Positions 20,601 to 31,277 are shown, counted from the stretch's first letter. The stretch: 64,000 bases of DNA from an uncultured bacterium (GCA_963787185.1 CAWBCC010000011.1:135916-199915); one strand, 5' to 3'. Numbers and translations: made by a program. The notes: generated from the letters alone by a model not told the origin.

Positions 20601-21585
20601 TGCGCCCAAGATTCCCGAAGGCATCGCGCCGGCCGCGAAAGACTTTTACGGCTTCGTCAGAGGCATGCTTCGCCGAGAGGCCGCGGAAGAGGGGCTTCCC
20701 GGCGACCCCGAGCGGGTAGCGCCGGGCGGCGACCCCGAGCGGGTAGCGCCGGGCGGCGACCCCGAGCGGGTAGCGCCGGGCGGCGACCCCGAGCGGGTAG
20801 CGCCGGGCGGCGACCCCGAGCGGGTAGCGCCGGGCGGCGACCCCGACGCGAGCGCCGTTGCGGCGGCTTGCGAGCGCCTCGCGGCCGGACTCGCGGCCGT
20901 TTCGGCTATCGCGTCTTCAAAAAGCCGACCTGCTTCGGAATCGGAAGTGAACGATCAGACCGTTTTCGAAGAGCTCGTCCGACCGGGCCGGCCGCAGCTC
21001 GCGCTGTGCTATCTGGTGCTCGACGCTCTCCGTCCCCTCGTGGGGATGTCCGGCTCGGGCGAGGAGGCGCGGCGTCTGACGGACAGACTCTGCCTGGATC
21101 GAAAGCTTCGCGAGGCCCTTCGCGGGACCGGCATGCACGGCGACGAGGTCTTCCACGGCATGGCATTGGCGAAGGCTTTCCTGGCGCGATCGGGCGGGCC
21201 GGTCGAGATTCGTAGCCCGAAGCTCGCGAAGGGTTCCGCGGAGAAACCGGTCGCGCAGTGCGTCGAGGCGCTGATCGGGGCGGGAGGCGACGAAGAGCTG
21301 GGCGCCCTTCTCGGCGTCAACATATTCGAGGGCGTCACCTGGTTCAACAAGGAGCGCTTCGAAGAGGCGGCCCGCTTTGCCGCCCTGATCGATGCGCTGA
21401 CCTCGCCCTGGCCTCCGGCTTCCCGCGAGCCTGGCCTCGCTGAACGCTCAGACACGGCGGGCACGGCCGCCCGTCGATACATCGCGGCCGCGGAGACCGC
21501 GGGCTATCGCCTCGATCGTCTCGTCGAGCTCGCCGCTGCCGCAAAGGAATCTGAATCTCTTCCGAAAAGAAAGAAGGAAAGATGA
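17672..21585 (+). CDS. alpha-amylase-family (GH13-like) large protein, interrupted by an apparent 1-nt frameshift (possible pseudogene or sequencing error)
   Basis: ATG at 17672 is preceded by GGGGAGG. The catalytic-domain motifs are FNALWLIGLWERS and LAADMVPNHTG. The first frame becomes Arg/Pro-rich after ...ELLDWAGG and stops at 20719. The frame of track ORF 20275..21585 becomes protein-like exactly from LVRPEAAATGGTGKRPRAKAK... onward. The switch point is the G6 run 20524-20529, and one extra G joins the two frames. Confidence 0.75.
20701..20846 (+). repeat. 27-bp tandem repeat x 5.4, in frame, encoding (GDPERVAPG)n
   Basis: GGCGACCCCGAGCGGGTAGCGCCGGGC is repeated perfectly five times from 20701, followed by a partial sixth copy. 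The unit contains TAG in the alternative frame, which is what terminates the shifted upstream frame at 20719. Confidence 0.95.
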
Positions 21586-21667
21586 ATGATTTTTCGGTCC
21601 GCTCGTGGCGGGGGACTCGGCCTGGACCCCTGGCGGCTCATCGCCGACGAACGGGACCGATAGCGGC

Positions 21668-24385
21668 ATGATCGCCTGGGTCGAGAGCATCCTTGCGGGC
21701 GCCATCGCCGACCGTGCGACCAGTTTCGTATTCCCGAGCCAGGCCGCGGCCGATTCCTGGTCGCGCAGGGTGCCTGCGTTGTTCGCCGTGAAGGCGGTCG
21801 AGACCGACCGCTTCATGGGCTGGGACAGATTCAAGGAAAGCCTGCTGTCGCCGCATCGCGCCGAACGACCCGCCGACCGGATTTCGCGCTCCATCTGGGC
21901 GGCCGGCGTCGTCGCGCGCCAGACTGAGAGCCCTTTCCTGCGAAGACTCCTCGGCCCCTTCCCGCCTCCGCCCGCCTTTTCGGGTTTTCTGGCGCGCATA
22001 CCGCCCTCTCTCGCCGCGATTCCATCGTCCGTCGAGAGCTCCGGCGACGAGCTGCTCGCCGACCTCGAAATTCTCCGGACGGACTATGCGGCTTTCCTCG
22101 AGGCTAAGGGCCTGTTCGAACCGTCGTGGGAGGAACTGCCCGGGTCCCGTGCCGAGTCGCGTTATATCATCATAGCCCCCGAGCTCATGGAGGATTTCGA
22201 GGGCCATGCCGCCGCCCTCGAGGGCGATGCGAACATCCAACTGCGCCGCATGCCGCGTCCTTCCGTGCCCGAACTCTACAAGTTCCCGAACATCTTCGAG
22301 GAACTCCGATGGGCCTTTCTCGAGATCGCCGCGCTTCTGGACGGCGGCGTGAGGCCGGAGGACATAGCCCTCACCCTGCCCTCCCTGGACGAAGCGGCCC
22401 CTCACGCCCTGGCCGCCGCCGAGCGATGCGGCGTGCCGGTGGCGCTGCGCGAGGGTGAACTCCTGTCGGCTTCGCCTTACGGCCGGCTCTTGCGGGCGAT
22501 GTCCGAATGCTCCCGCACGCGCTTCGCCTTCGAAGAGACGAAGGCGCTTCTCCTCGATCGCTTCGTCTCGTGGAAGGGCGGCATGCGAGAGGCTGCGCGC
22601 GACTTGGTGAGATTCGGCATCGAGCGACACGCCTTCGCTCCCTACGTCGACGCCGGACGCAGCGTGGATGCATGGGAGGAGAGCTTCGCGCTCCGCGCTT
22701 CGAGTCGCGAGCTCGATCTCCGGGACTTCTATCGGCGGCTCAAAAAGTCGGTTCTCGCCGTGGCGGAGGCCGAGACCTTCCGCGCCCTGGAAGCCGCGAT
22801 CGTGGCATTCAGGGAAACATTCCTCGACGAAAGCTCATGGGACGAGGCGGAGCTCAAGCGGGTCCAGCGCGCGATGGTCGAACTCGGCTCTTTGGTGCGG
22901 GCCGAGGACGAATTGGCCTCCTCGGGCCGGGTTCCGGATCCCTTCGGCCTTTTTCTCCGCGGCCTCGGCGAGCTGCGCTACGTGCCTCGAAACCCCGCAC
23001 CGGCGGTCCCGATCTATCCCTATCGCGTCTCGGCCCTCGCCGCATCCCGGCATCACTTCGTTCTGGGCTGCTCGCAGGAAGGAATAGGCGTACGTTATGC
23101 GATCGCTTCCTATCTGCGCGACGACCAGAAGGAAAAGCTCGGCCTCGTCGACCGCGACGCCTCCGACGATTTCGCCGCGGCCTACGCCCTCGATGCCCAC
23201 GCGCGCTTCAGCTACGCCGAGGAAGGCATCGACGGATGGAACGCCCCCTCTCCGTTTTTCTTCGGCTCTTCGGCGGGCGGATCGGGCGCACTCTCTGCCG
23301 GGCGCGCCCGGCCCGGCCCGCCGCCCGACTTCGCCGATGTTCGAAAGCGCGACCCGCTCCGCGCGGAAACCGAAGCCTGGAAATCGGGCGGAGCCTTGCC
23401 CCCGGCGCTTCTCGGCTTTCAAAAGGCCGCGGCCGCGGAAGCGCAGGCGAGCCTCGGCGACAAGGGAAGCGACTACAGCCGCCCCGCTGCCCGCGCCGAC
23501 GCCGGAGCGCGCGAGGCCGTGCTGGGCGCGCGGCGTACGCAAGCCGGACTCCTTAGGCTTTCCGTGACGGAGCTCGAAAACTACCTCGCTTGCCCCTTCG
23601 CTTGGCTCCTCGCGCGAGGCCTGGGACTTGAAGAAGAGACTTCGGGCGTGGGCTTCTTCGACGCCAGGCTCGCCGGGGAGATGGCCCATGCGGCGGTCGG
23701 ACGACTCTTCGCGAGGATCGCCGAAAGCGGGCCCTTCTCGTCCGCGCGGCTGGGATTCTACCTTTCCTTCGTTCACCCGGCCGTGGCTTCCGTCCTGCCC
23801 GAGTTCGCGAGGAAGGAAGGACCCTTTCTCGTACCCATGTTTTCGGCCTATGCTCCCCTGCTCGAGGATAGACTCGGGAGGCTCCTGGCCGCCGAATCCT
23901 GGATGGAAGGCTGGAATGCCGGCGATTTCGAGCGGAGCTTCGAAAAGAAGTACCTCGAACGCGGTGTCGTCCTTCAGGGCCGCGTCGATCGCGTGGCACG
24001 GCGGGGAGAGGATATCGCCCTCGTCGATTACAAAAAGCGCGTTCTTCCCAGGAAGACCGATCTCGTGGCCGATACATCCGCCGGAACCGCCCTGGCCAAG
24101 CTCCAGATCGCCGCCTATGTCGCGCTTTGCGAATCGGAGCTCGGACGGGTCGAGCGGGCGGCATACTGGTCCATCGAGGACGCCAGGCGCCTCGTCGTCG
24201 TCGGTCCGGAAGGTTTGAGGGACCGCGAGGGCTACGGTGTCGAACTCGCCGCGTTCGAACTTTCCCTCGCGGCCGTCGCCGACGGTCTCTCCCGAGGAGA
24301 CTTCGGACTCGCGCCGGCGGGAGGAGAGAGCTGCGAGACATGCGGATGGTCGGCGGTGTGCCGCTGCCGTTACGCGACGGAGTAG
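21668..24385 (+). CDS. AddB/RexB-like PD-(D/E)XK nuclease subunit with C-terminal Fe-S cysteines
   Basis: Roughly 905-926 aa (alternative GTG start at 21605). The C-terminal nuclease motif is DIALVDYKKR and the Cys cluster is ...C...CETCGWSAVC. It lies immediately upstream of the UvrD-type subunit with a 3-nt gap. Confidence 0.8.
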   Translation: MIAWVESILAGAIADRATSFVFPSQAAADSWSRRVPALFAVKAVETDRFMGWDRFKESLLSPHRAERPADRISRSIWAAGVVARQTESPFLRRLLGPFPPPPAFSGFLARIPPSLAAIPSSVESSGDELLADLEILRTDYAAFLEAKGLFEPSWEELPGSRAESRYIIIAPELMEDFEGHAAALEGDANIQLRRMPRPSVPELYKFPNIFEELRWAFLEIAALLDGGVRPEDIALTLPSLDEAAPHALAAAERCGVPVALREGELLSASPYGRLLRAMSECSRTRFAFEETKALLLDRFVSWKGGMREAARDLVRFGIERHAFAPYVDAGRSVDAWEESFALRASSRELDLRDFYRRLKKSVLAVAEAETFRALEAAIVAFRETFLDESSWDEAELKRVQRAMVELGSLVRAEDELASSGRVPDPFGLFLRGLGELRYVPRNPAPAVPIYPYRVSALAASRHHFVLGCSQEGIGVRYAIASYLRDDQKEKLGLVDRDASDDFAAAYALDAHARFSYAEEGIDGWNAPSPFFFGSSAGGSGALSAGRARPGPPPDFADVRKRDPLRAETEAWKSGGALPPALLGFQKAAAAEAQASLGDKGSDYSRPAARADAGAREAVLGARRTQAGLLRLSVTELENYLACPFAWLLARGLGLEEETSGVGFFDARLAGEMAHAAVGRLFARIAESGPFSSARLGFYLSFVHPAVASVLPEFARKEGPFLVPMFSAYAPLLEDRLGRLLAAESWMEGWNAGDFERSFEKKYLERGVVLQGRVDRVARRGEDIALVDYKKRVLPRKTDLVADTSAGTALAKLQIAAYVALCESELGRVERAAYWSIEDARRLVVVGPEGLRDREGYGVELAAFELSLAAVADGLSRGDFGLAPAGGESCETCGWSAVCRCRYATE

Positions 24386-24388
24386 AGC

Positions 24389-27300
24389 ATGACGGGGATT
24401 TTCGACGAGCTGGATCGCGATCAACTCGCGGCATCGCAGATAATGACGAACGCCGCAGTCTCGGCCGGGGCCGGGTCGGGCAAGACGACCGTTCTCGCGG
24501 CCCGCTATCTCCGACTCATTCTCGAGAAGGGCGCCGACGTACGATCCGTCCTTTGCCTGACATTCACGCGCAAAGCCGCGGCCGAGATGCGCGAACGCAT
24601 CTATCGCGAGCTTCTTTCCTCCGGCGAGGAAAGAGCGCGCGAGCAGATCGATCGCTTTTCGGAAGCGCAGATTTCGACGCTCGACTCCTTTTGTTCGCTC
24701 GTCCTGCGCAGTTCCGCGCAGGACTACGGTTATGCTCCCGACTTCGCCGTCGACGACGACGCCGCCCGCGACATCGCGGAGGCGGAGGCCCTCGCCTTTC
24801 TCCTCGAAAACCGGGAGGACGACGACCTGACCGAGGTTTTCGCCCGTCTCGGCTTCGAGCGCGCATGGAAGGAACTTTTCTCCGATGTCGCCTATCGTCT
24901 CTGTTCACCCGCCTCGGGGTTCCCGGACGATTTCGAGGCGATGGGAGCGAAGGCCGCGGAAGAGCTCGGGCGCCTGAGCCGCGACGCGGCAGCAGCCGCG
25001 GGAACCGCGATAGGGCAGGCCGCCGCGGCTGCCGCAAGCGCGGTCGCTTCCTCTCCGAAGGCCCTCGTCAAGACGAGAGAGGCGGCGGCTCTTTGCGCCG
25101 CCGCGCAGGCGGCGGGTCCGGAGCGCATCCCGGCTTCGGAGGGAGAAGTCGGCGAGAGCGGGAAAGACAGGGCCGGCGACGGAGGTATCGATCCCGTCCG
25201 GGCCGCCGAACTCCTGGCCCCCTTCGCCTCCTTCAAGTTGAGCGGTTTCGGCAAGTCCGAGGAGGAAACCTCGGTCAAAGAGGCGATGTCGTCCGCCCGA
25301 GATTTTGCGCTCCGGATGCGAGGGCTGGCGGCCGCGAAGATCGAGGAGCCGCTTTCGGCGGCGCTTCTGCGCATTCTGGGAGCCTTCGGCGAGCGCTACC
25401 GCGCGGCCAAGCGGAACGCGGGCGTGATGGGCTTCCGCGATGCGGCCGTCTGCGCGGTCGATCTGCTCAAGAGGCGACCCGAGATCCGCGATCACTGGAA
25501 AAGCCGGTTCCGCTACGTGATGATAGACGAATTTCAGGACAACGACGAACTGCAGCGGGATCTGCTCTACCTCATCGCCGAGCGCGCGGAGCTGCACTCT
25601 CCCTCGGTGCCCGGCGCCGCCGACCTGGCCCCCGATAAGCTCTTCTTCGTCGGCGACGAAAAGCAGTCCGTCTATCGCTTCCGCGGCGCCGACGTCTCGG
25701 TGTTCAAACGGCTGTCGAGCGAGCTCGCGGCAGTCATCGCGCCGGGAGGAGAGATCGGCTCCGACGCGAAGAACCCCGATCGTGGAAACCCCGCCCTCCA
25801 CTCCCTCGGCATGAACTACCGCAGCGAGCCGGCCCTCGTCATCTTCTTCAACGAACTGTTCTCGCGCGTTTTCGCCGGAGCCGTGGAGGACTACGAAGCC
25901 CGCTTTTCCGAGATCGGCCGACGCGCCGCGACACCGGAGCTGGAGTCCGAGATCGTCTATCTTTTCAAGCACCGCGCCGAGGATACGGCCGCCGAGGATA
26001 CGGCCGCCGATGCCGCGTTGGGCGACGACGAGTCTCTGGCCGACGCGGTCGCCCGCCACATAGCCGAATCCGTAGGCAGACTCCGCGTACCCGACGGTCC
26101 CTCGACGAGGCCGGCCGGGTACGACGACATCGCCATTCTCCTTCGCTCGACCGCCAAGCAATATCTCATCGAACGATTTCTCCGTCTTCGCCGCATTCCC
26201 TACTCGGTCGGCGACCCTCGGGGGCTTTTTCTCGAGTCGCCGGCGAACGACATCTATGCCGCGCTCCGCCTCTGTCTGCTCGACGATCGGGTTTCCTACG
26301 CCACGGTGCTGCGTTCTCCCCTGGTACGGCTTTCGGACGACGCGTTCGCGCGGGTGCTCGCGTCGGGACTCGCACCCTTCGACGAGACGGCCGAAGACAT
26401 GCTCGACGAAGTCGATGGGGCTCGGTATCGCAGGGGTCGGCGCGCCATCGCGAGGCTGAGGACAGCGGCGGACAGAAAGCCGGCCGCTCGACTGGTTTCC
26501 GCGCTCTGGTACGAGGAGGGACTGCGCCTCGCGATCCTCCGCAAGCCCGATGCGCATCCCTACCTCGAGCATTTCGATTACCTGCATGCCCTCGCCGTAC
26601 GCGCCGACGCCGAGGGCATGAGCCTCGCCGCCTTCGTCTCCTCGCTCGAGCCTCTCATGGGGCGCCCGGAGCGACTCGATGAGCTGAATGTGCCGCGCGA
26701 GGCCGCGGCGGGCGTGCGCATCATGACCGTGCACAAGGCCAAGGGCCTCGAATTTCCCGTGGTGATAATTCCCGGCATGGAGAGCGGGGGCAGGGTCGAA
26801 GGGGCGGGAGCCGCCTGGTACGATTCCCCTCTCGTCGGCCTTACCGTGAATCTCAAACCCTTCGACGACCCCAAGGCGAAATCGGCCAACATCTTTTATG
26901 AAATCGAAAAGGAGCGGGAGGAGAAACGTCGCGAAGCCGAGGCCAAGCGGCTTTTTTACGTGGCGTGTACGCGCACCCGCTGCCATCTCGTGTTCGCAGG
27001 CGTCGACCCCGACAGATCGCGCGGTCCTTCCTTCCATTCTTTCCTCACCGGGACGGAAGGGGGCCCCGACCAGACGGGAAGCTTCCCCGCTCTTCCCGCA
27101 GCGGTGAGACTGGTCGAGGTACCCACGCTGAGCCTCGGCGCGTATCGCGGCCTGTTCTCCGGCTCGCAGCCGCTTCCGCTCTCTCCGCGGCTGGCCGAAT
27201 ACGCCGCCGCGCGGACCCTGGATCGGCGCTACGAGCGCCGGGCTCTCGGCGCGGCCGAGCTCAATGCGGCACGCATCGCCTCCGAGGCCCTCGTCTTAGA

Positions 27301-27904
27301 AAGCGAAACCCTCGATGCCTGCGCCTACGACGATTTTGCCCGAAAAGTGGCGCCCTCGGTTTTCGGCGAGCTCTGTCATGCCGCCTTGGAATCGGCTCTT
27401 CGCGGCTCGCCGCCCTCGCCTGCCGAAAGGCGCATCCTCGATTCCCTGCCACCCGATTGTCGCGCCGTCCTGGCGGAGGAGGCTCATCGCATGGCAGGGC
27501 TTTTCATGGCTTCGGACATCGGCCAACGCGCCCGGAGAGCCGTCGAGGCCAGGACCGAATGGGCCTTCGTCCTCGACCTCGGCGAAGACTTCAGTCTCGT
27601 CGGACGCATGGACCTCGCCTTCGAGGAGGAGTCGGTTTCGGGAGCGGCGGGCGAGGTCTTCGTCGTGGATTTCAAGACCGACCGCGAGCGCCGCGAAGGA
27701 GAGTACGATCTCCAGCTCCAGCTTTACAGGCGGGCCGCGGCGGCCATCGTCCCGGGGCACCGCGTGCGAAGCTGCCTTTTCTGGCTGCGCAGCGGGGAGG
27801 TCCAGGAGATCGAGACGGAGTTTTCGCAGCCGAACATCCTCAGATGGGCGCGTTCGGCGGCTGCGGCGGAATCGTGCCGGAACGAGGCGCAGTCCGAGGC
27901 CTGA
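24389..27904 (+). CDS. AddA/RexA-like UvrD-family helicase-nuclease subunit
   Basis: 1171 aa. Walker A is SAGAGSGKTTVLAARY, and helicase motifs include IDEFQDNDELQ and VGDEKQSVYRFRGAD. The C-terminal PD-(D/E)XK-like region reads GRMDLAFEE...VVDFKTD. Confidence 0.85.
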   Translation: MTGIFDELDRDQLAASQIMTNAAVSAGAGSGKTTVLAARYLRLILEKGADVRSVLCLTFTRKAAAEMRERIYRELLSSGEERAREQIDRFSEAQISTLDSFCSLVLRSSAQDYGYAPDFAVDDDAARDIAEAEALAFLLENREDDDLTEVFARLGFERAWKELFSDVAYRLCSPASGFPDDFEAMGAKAAEELGRLSRDAAAAAGTAIGQAAAAAASAVASSPKALVKTREAAALCAAAQAAGPERIPASEGEVGESGKDRAGDGGIDPVRAAELLAPFASFKLSGFGKSEEETSVKEAMSSARDFALRMRGLAAAKIEEPLSAALLRILGAFGERYRAAKRNAGVMGFRDAAVCAVDLLKRRPEIRDHWKSRFRYVMIDEFQDNDELQRDLLYLIAERAELHSPSVPGAADLAPDKLFFVGDEKQSVYRFRGADVSVFKRLSSELAAVIAPGGEIGSDAKNPDRGNPALHSLGMNYRSEPALVIFFNELFSRVFAGAVEDYEARFSEIGRRAATPELESEIVYLFKHRAEDTAAEDTAADAALGDDESLADAVARHIAESVGRLRVPDGPSTRPAGYDDIAILLRSTAKQYLIERFLRLRRIPYSVGDPRGLFLESPANDIYAALRLCLLDDRVSYATVLRSPLVRLSDDAFARVLASGLAPFDETAEDMLDEVDGARYRRGRRAIARLRTAADRKPAARLVSALWYEEGLRLAILRKPDAHPYLEHFDYLHALAVRADAEGMSLAAFVSSLEPLMGRPERLDELNVPREAAAGVRIMTVHKAKGLEFPVVIIPGMESGGRVEGAGAAWYDSPLVGLTVNLKPFDDPKAKSANIFYEIEKEREEKRREAEAKRLFYVACTRTRCHLVFAGVDPDRSRGPSFHSFLTGTEGGPDQTGSFPALPAAVRLVEVPTLSLGAYRGLFSGSQPLPLSPRLAEYAAARTLDRRYERRALGAAELNAARIASEALVLESETLDACAYDDFARKVAPSVFGELCHAALESALRGSPPSPAERRILDSLPPDCRAVLAEEAHRMAGLFMASDIGQRARRAVEARTEWAFVLDLGEDFSLVGRMDLAFEEESVSGAAGEVFVVDFKTDRERREGEYDLQLQLYRRAAAAIVPGHRVRSCLFWLRSGEVQEIETEFSQPNILRWARSAAAAESCRNEAQSEA

Positions 27905-27946
27905 ATTTATTCCATATCCTCAAAGCAGATACATTATGTCTTTGCC

Positions 27947-27975
27947 TTGATATCCCTTCCCGATCTCTCTATACT
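27947..27975 (+). promoter_or_regulatory. candidate sigma70-type promoter for the REC-PAS-GGDEF-EAL gene
   Basis: TTGATA (27947-27952), 17-nt spacer, TATACT (27970-27975), in an AT-rich intergenic segment about 115 nt upstream of the ATG at 28091. Confidence 0.45.
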
Positions 27976-28090
27976 ACAGCTCGCAGCCCCGTGAGCGTTG
28001 CGCTATCGGCGATTCCGCGAACATCGTTTGAGATACGCTTCGGCTTGCAGTACGGAATGGCATGCGTATACTGGAACACAGCGACTGTCT

Positions 28091-30148
28091 ATGAACAACG
28101 AGAAAATCCTAATCGTCGAAGACGAGAAGATCATCGCCCTTGATCTCCAGCGGCGGCTCGAACGCTTCGGTTATTCGGTCGTGGGCATGGCTGCGGACGG
28201 CCCGGACGCAATCAATCTCGCCAAGGACCGCGAACCCGACATCATTCTCATGGACATCATGCTGGCCGGAAACATGGACGGGATCGAAGCCGCGAAGCAG
28301 ATCCGCAAGAAGTTCGCGATTCCCGTCATTTTCCTGACGGCCTACACCGACGAAAAAACCCTCGAGCGCGCCAAGGAAGTCGAGCCCTTCGGCTACATTC
28401 TCAAGCCCTTCAAGGAGCGCGAACTTTACACCACCATCGATATTGCGCTTTACAAGAACAGCGTCGACCGCAGGCTGCGGAAGCAGGAGCGCCTCTTCTC
28501 CGCCATACTCCACTCCATCAACGACGGTATCATCGCCACCGATACCGACCTGGCGATCGGATTCATGAATCCCGTGGCGGAGGACATCACGGGCTGGAGG
28601 GAGGCGGCGGCCAAGGGTCGGCATGCGTCGACCATCCTGGCTCTGCAGGACCAACGCCTGCAGCGCGACCTTCTCGCATCCGGGCCGCCGCTCGTCGACG
28701 AAAAGCCCTTCTTTTTCAGCGAAGTGGTGATCAAGAACAACCTCGGCCAGACCGTGATCGTCGACGGCTCGATCATGCGCCTGCACGAAAAGGAAAACTC
28801 CGCGGAGGGCTTCTTGATCGCCCTCAGGGACATCACCGAAATGAAACGGATGTCCGAGACGATCAACTATCAGGCGAGCCACGACAGCCTCACGGGCCTG
28901 TCCAATCGCGAGGAATTCTCCTACAAGCTCAACGAGCTCATCAAGAACCTGCGTTCTTCGGACGGCCACCACGCCCTTCTCATGATCGACGTGGATCGGT
29001 TCAAGGCGATCAACGACACCTGCGGCGTCCTAGCGGGCGACGAGCTGCTCCGGCAGGTGGCCCAGCACGTCTTGGCCAACATCTCTCGCAAGGACATTTC
29101 GGCTCGCGTCGGAGGCGACGAGTTCGCCATTATCCTCAAGGACTGCGAGCTCGAAGATTCGATCAACGTCGCCCATAGACTGCAGGAAGCCGCCGCGTCC
29201 CGCAAATTCGTCTGGCAGACGACCGCTTTCCCCGTGACGCTCTCTCTCGGCATCGTGCCGCTTTCCCGGGAGAGCGAGGACAGTCATTCGATCCTCGCCG
29301 CAGCGGACGACGCCTGCCACCTCTCCAAGGAAGAGGGCGGAAACAAGATCAACGTGTTTCGCGTCGAGGACTCCAAATTCCAGAAGCGGCGCGGCGAAAT
29401 GGAATGGATCGCCAAGATCAATCGTGCCGCCGAGGAAAACCGCTTCGTTCTCTGGTACCAGCCGATCGTTCCGCTCGACCCTTCGATGGGGCTGCAGCCC
29501 AAGGGCGAGGTGCTCATTCGTCTAGTCAACGCCGACGGAAGCATAGCCCGACCCAACGACTTCATCCCGGCCGCCGAACGCTACAACCTCATGCCCCTCG
29601 TCGACCGCTGGGTGATAAGGAACGCATTCTCGTCGTACAGACTGCTCTCGGAGCGCGGATCGCCCATGGGCTCGGACATCATGTCCATCAATCTCTCCGG
29701 CCCCTCGCTTCTCGACGAAGCCCTCGTCGACACGATCCTCTACGAAGTGAGAAAGAACGGCCTATCGCCTTCGAACTTCTGCTTCGAGATCACGGAGACC
29801 GCCGCGATCCAGAATCTCTCCTGGGCCACTCGCTTCATGAAGCGCCTGAAAGACGAAGGATTCACCTTCGCTTTGGACGACTTCGGTTCGGGTTTCTCCT
29901 CTTTCGGCTATCTCAAGAACCTTCCCGTCGACTACCTCAAGATAGACGGCTCCCTCGTTCAACCCATAGACGAGTCGCTCGTCGCCTATACCATGGTGGA
30001 TTCGATCAACTCCATCGGACACGTCATGGGCATCAAGACGATTGCCGAATTCGTCAAGAGCGAGGCCATCCGCAAGAAACTCATCGAGATCGGCGTCGAC
30101 TACGCTCAGGGCTACCACATCGCCGAGCCCGCGCCCATTTTCCAGTAG
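28091..30148 (+). CDS. response regulator receiver / PAS / GGDEF / EAL protein
   Basis: It starts at MNNEKILIVEDEKIIALDL (REC, with phospho-acceptor context IILMDIML). The PAS-like segment contains INDGIIATD. GGDEF reads RVGGDEFAI. EAL-domain motifs are EITETAAI and DDFGSGFSSFGYLKNLPVDYLKIDGS. The track ORF begins earlier (27998), but that extension lacks a domain. Confidence 0.9.
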   Translation: MNNEKILIVEDEKIIALDLQRRLERFGYSVVGMAADGPDAINLAKDREPDIILMDIMLAGNMDGIEAAKQIRKKFAIPVIFLTAYTDEKTLERAKEVEPFGYILKPFKERELYTTIDIALYKNSVDRRLRKQERLFSAILHSINDGIIATDTDLAIGFMNPVAEDITGWREAAAKGRHASTILALQDQRLQRDLLASGPPLVDEKPFFFSEVVIKNNLGQTVIVDGSIMRLHEKENSAEGFLIALRDITEMKRMSETINYQASHDSLTGLSNREEFSYKLNELIKNLRSSDGHHALLMIDVDRFKAINDTCGVLAGDELLRQVAQHVLANISRKDISARVGGDEFAIILKDCELEDSINVAHRLQEAAASRKFVWQTTAFPVTLSLGIVPLSRESEDSHSILAAADDACHLSKEEGGNKINVFRVEDSKFQKRRGEMEWIAKINRAAEENRFVLWYQPIVPLDPSMGLQPKGEVLIRLVNADGSIARPNDFIPAAERYNLMPLVDRWVIRNAFSSYRLLSERGSPMGSDIMSINLSGPSLLDEALVDTILYEVRKNGLSPSNFCFEITETAAIQNLSWATRFMKRLKDEGFTFALDDFGSGFSSFGYLKNLPVDYLKIDGSLVQPIDESLVAYTMVDSINSIGHVMGIKTIAEFVKSEAIRKKLIEIGVDYAQGYHIAEPAPIFQ

Positions 30149-30170
30149 AGACGCGTCCTCTAAACCCGAC

Positions 30171-31277
30171 TCATGGAAGCATGTCCTCCGCTGCGACACT
30201 GGCCGCGGCGGCCTCGAAGGCGGGGACATCCTCCGCGGTCTTCGCGGGAGTGAGCTCCACTTCCCTCGCGAAGGCGAGTATCCGCGCCCTTCCTCTCGAG
30301 GCCAGCTCGGCGTCCACGTTGTCGAGCGCGAACTCGCGTCCCTCCGGATCGTTGCCCGGAATCGCATAACCTTGTCCCGCCCGCCAGAAGTCCCGACGGA
30401 AACGCTCCACGGCCTCGAAGAGGGCCGGAGCGGCGTACAGCCTCAGTCCGACGTTCGTATAGCCGGAGCCGCCGCCCGAGGTCCTGCCCTGGAGCTTGGC
30501 GTGGCCGAACGACCGCGGCAGTCCGTCGCGGTCCAGGACGATGGGATATGAGGGGCCGTGAATCGAGGCGGCGGGCATGAGCAGATCGATCCCGCGGCCG
30601 CCGCCCATCCGGTTCAGCGCGTCGAGGACGAAAAGAGAGGACAGAGCGGTGCGGCGCGAACTCGCGTCGCCGCCGAAATTCGTCATGACATAGTCGGCGT
30701 CTTTCCAGAGCGGACGGCACTGCCAGACGGCGTCGCCGTGCCCGAGAGGCTTCCCTAAAGGCGCCTCTTGGGTGAAAAACTCGCGCTCTTCGCGCTTTAT
30801 GCCGAGCGGAGCGAGGATTTCCTCCTCGATCTCCCGCTCCCAGCCGCGCACGACTATGATCTGCCTTCCCAGACCGCTGAAGGCATGAAGGGCGTAGGCT
30901 GCGATCGGAATCTCGAGTCCGCGCTTGCCGGCGGGATCGTGGAGGGCGTCGTGAACGGGGAAGAGCCCTCGGGGCCTCCCGGGATCGAAATGCCGGGCGC
31001 GCTCCATCCACGGGGGCGCCGGGGCGTCCCGCTCCGCGGGTGCGGCCGAGCGGACGGCCTCGAGCGATCTTATCCAACGCGAGCCCGAGCCGGCCAAGAG
31101 CGTGATGCAGACCGTGCGCCGGGCGAGATGCTCGAGATAATCGGAGGTCGAGGCGAAGACGGCGGAATCGCTCGAGGTCGCATTGCGAAGACGCAGCGCC
31201 AGACCGGCGATATCGAGGCGCCGCCGCAGCGCTTCTCCGTGATCCACGCCCGCGAGACGGATGAGTTCGCTGTCCAT
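30171..31277 (-). CDS. putative sugar-1-phosphate nucleotidyltransferase (UDPGP-like)
   Basis: 368 aa. ITLLAGSGSRW resembles the G-x-G-x-R nucleotidyltransferase loop, and KPLGHGDAVWQ resembles the P-x-GHGD motif of the UTP-glucose-1-phosphate uridylyltransferase family. The assignment is from motifs only. Confidence 0.4.
   Translation of the reverse strand: MDSELIRLAGVDHGEALRRRLDIAGLALRLRNATSSDSAVFASTSDYLEHLARRTVCITLLAGSGSRWIRSLEAVRSAAPAERDAPAPPWMERARHFDPGRPRGLFPVHDALHDPAGKRGLEIPIAAYALHAFSGLGRQIIVVRGWEREIEEEILAPLGIKREEREFFTQEAPLGKPLGHGDAVWQCRPLWKDADYVMTNFGGDASSRRTALSSLFVLDALNRMGGGRGIDLLMPAASIHGPSYPIVLDRDGLPRSFGHAKLQGRTSGGGSGYTNVGLRLYAAPALFEAVERFRRDFWRAGQGYAIPGNDPEGREFALDNVDAELASRGRARILAFAREVELTPAKTAEDVPAFEAAAASVAAEDMLP

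Noticed and set aside
20275-21585. Treating ORF 20275..21585 as an independent 436-aa gene
   Set aside because: Its first 85 or so codons overlap the protein-like part of the amylase-family frame and look non-coding. It becomes protein-like exactly where the upstream frame degenerates, at a G6 run, so it is better explained as the C-terminal continuation.
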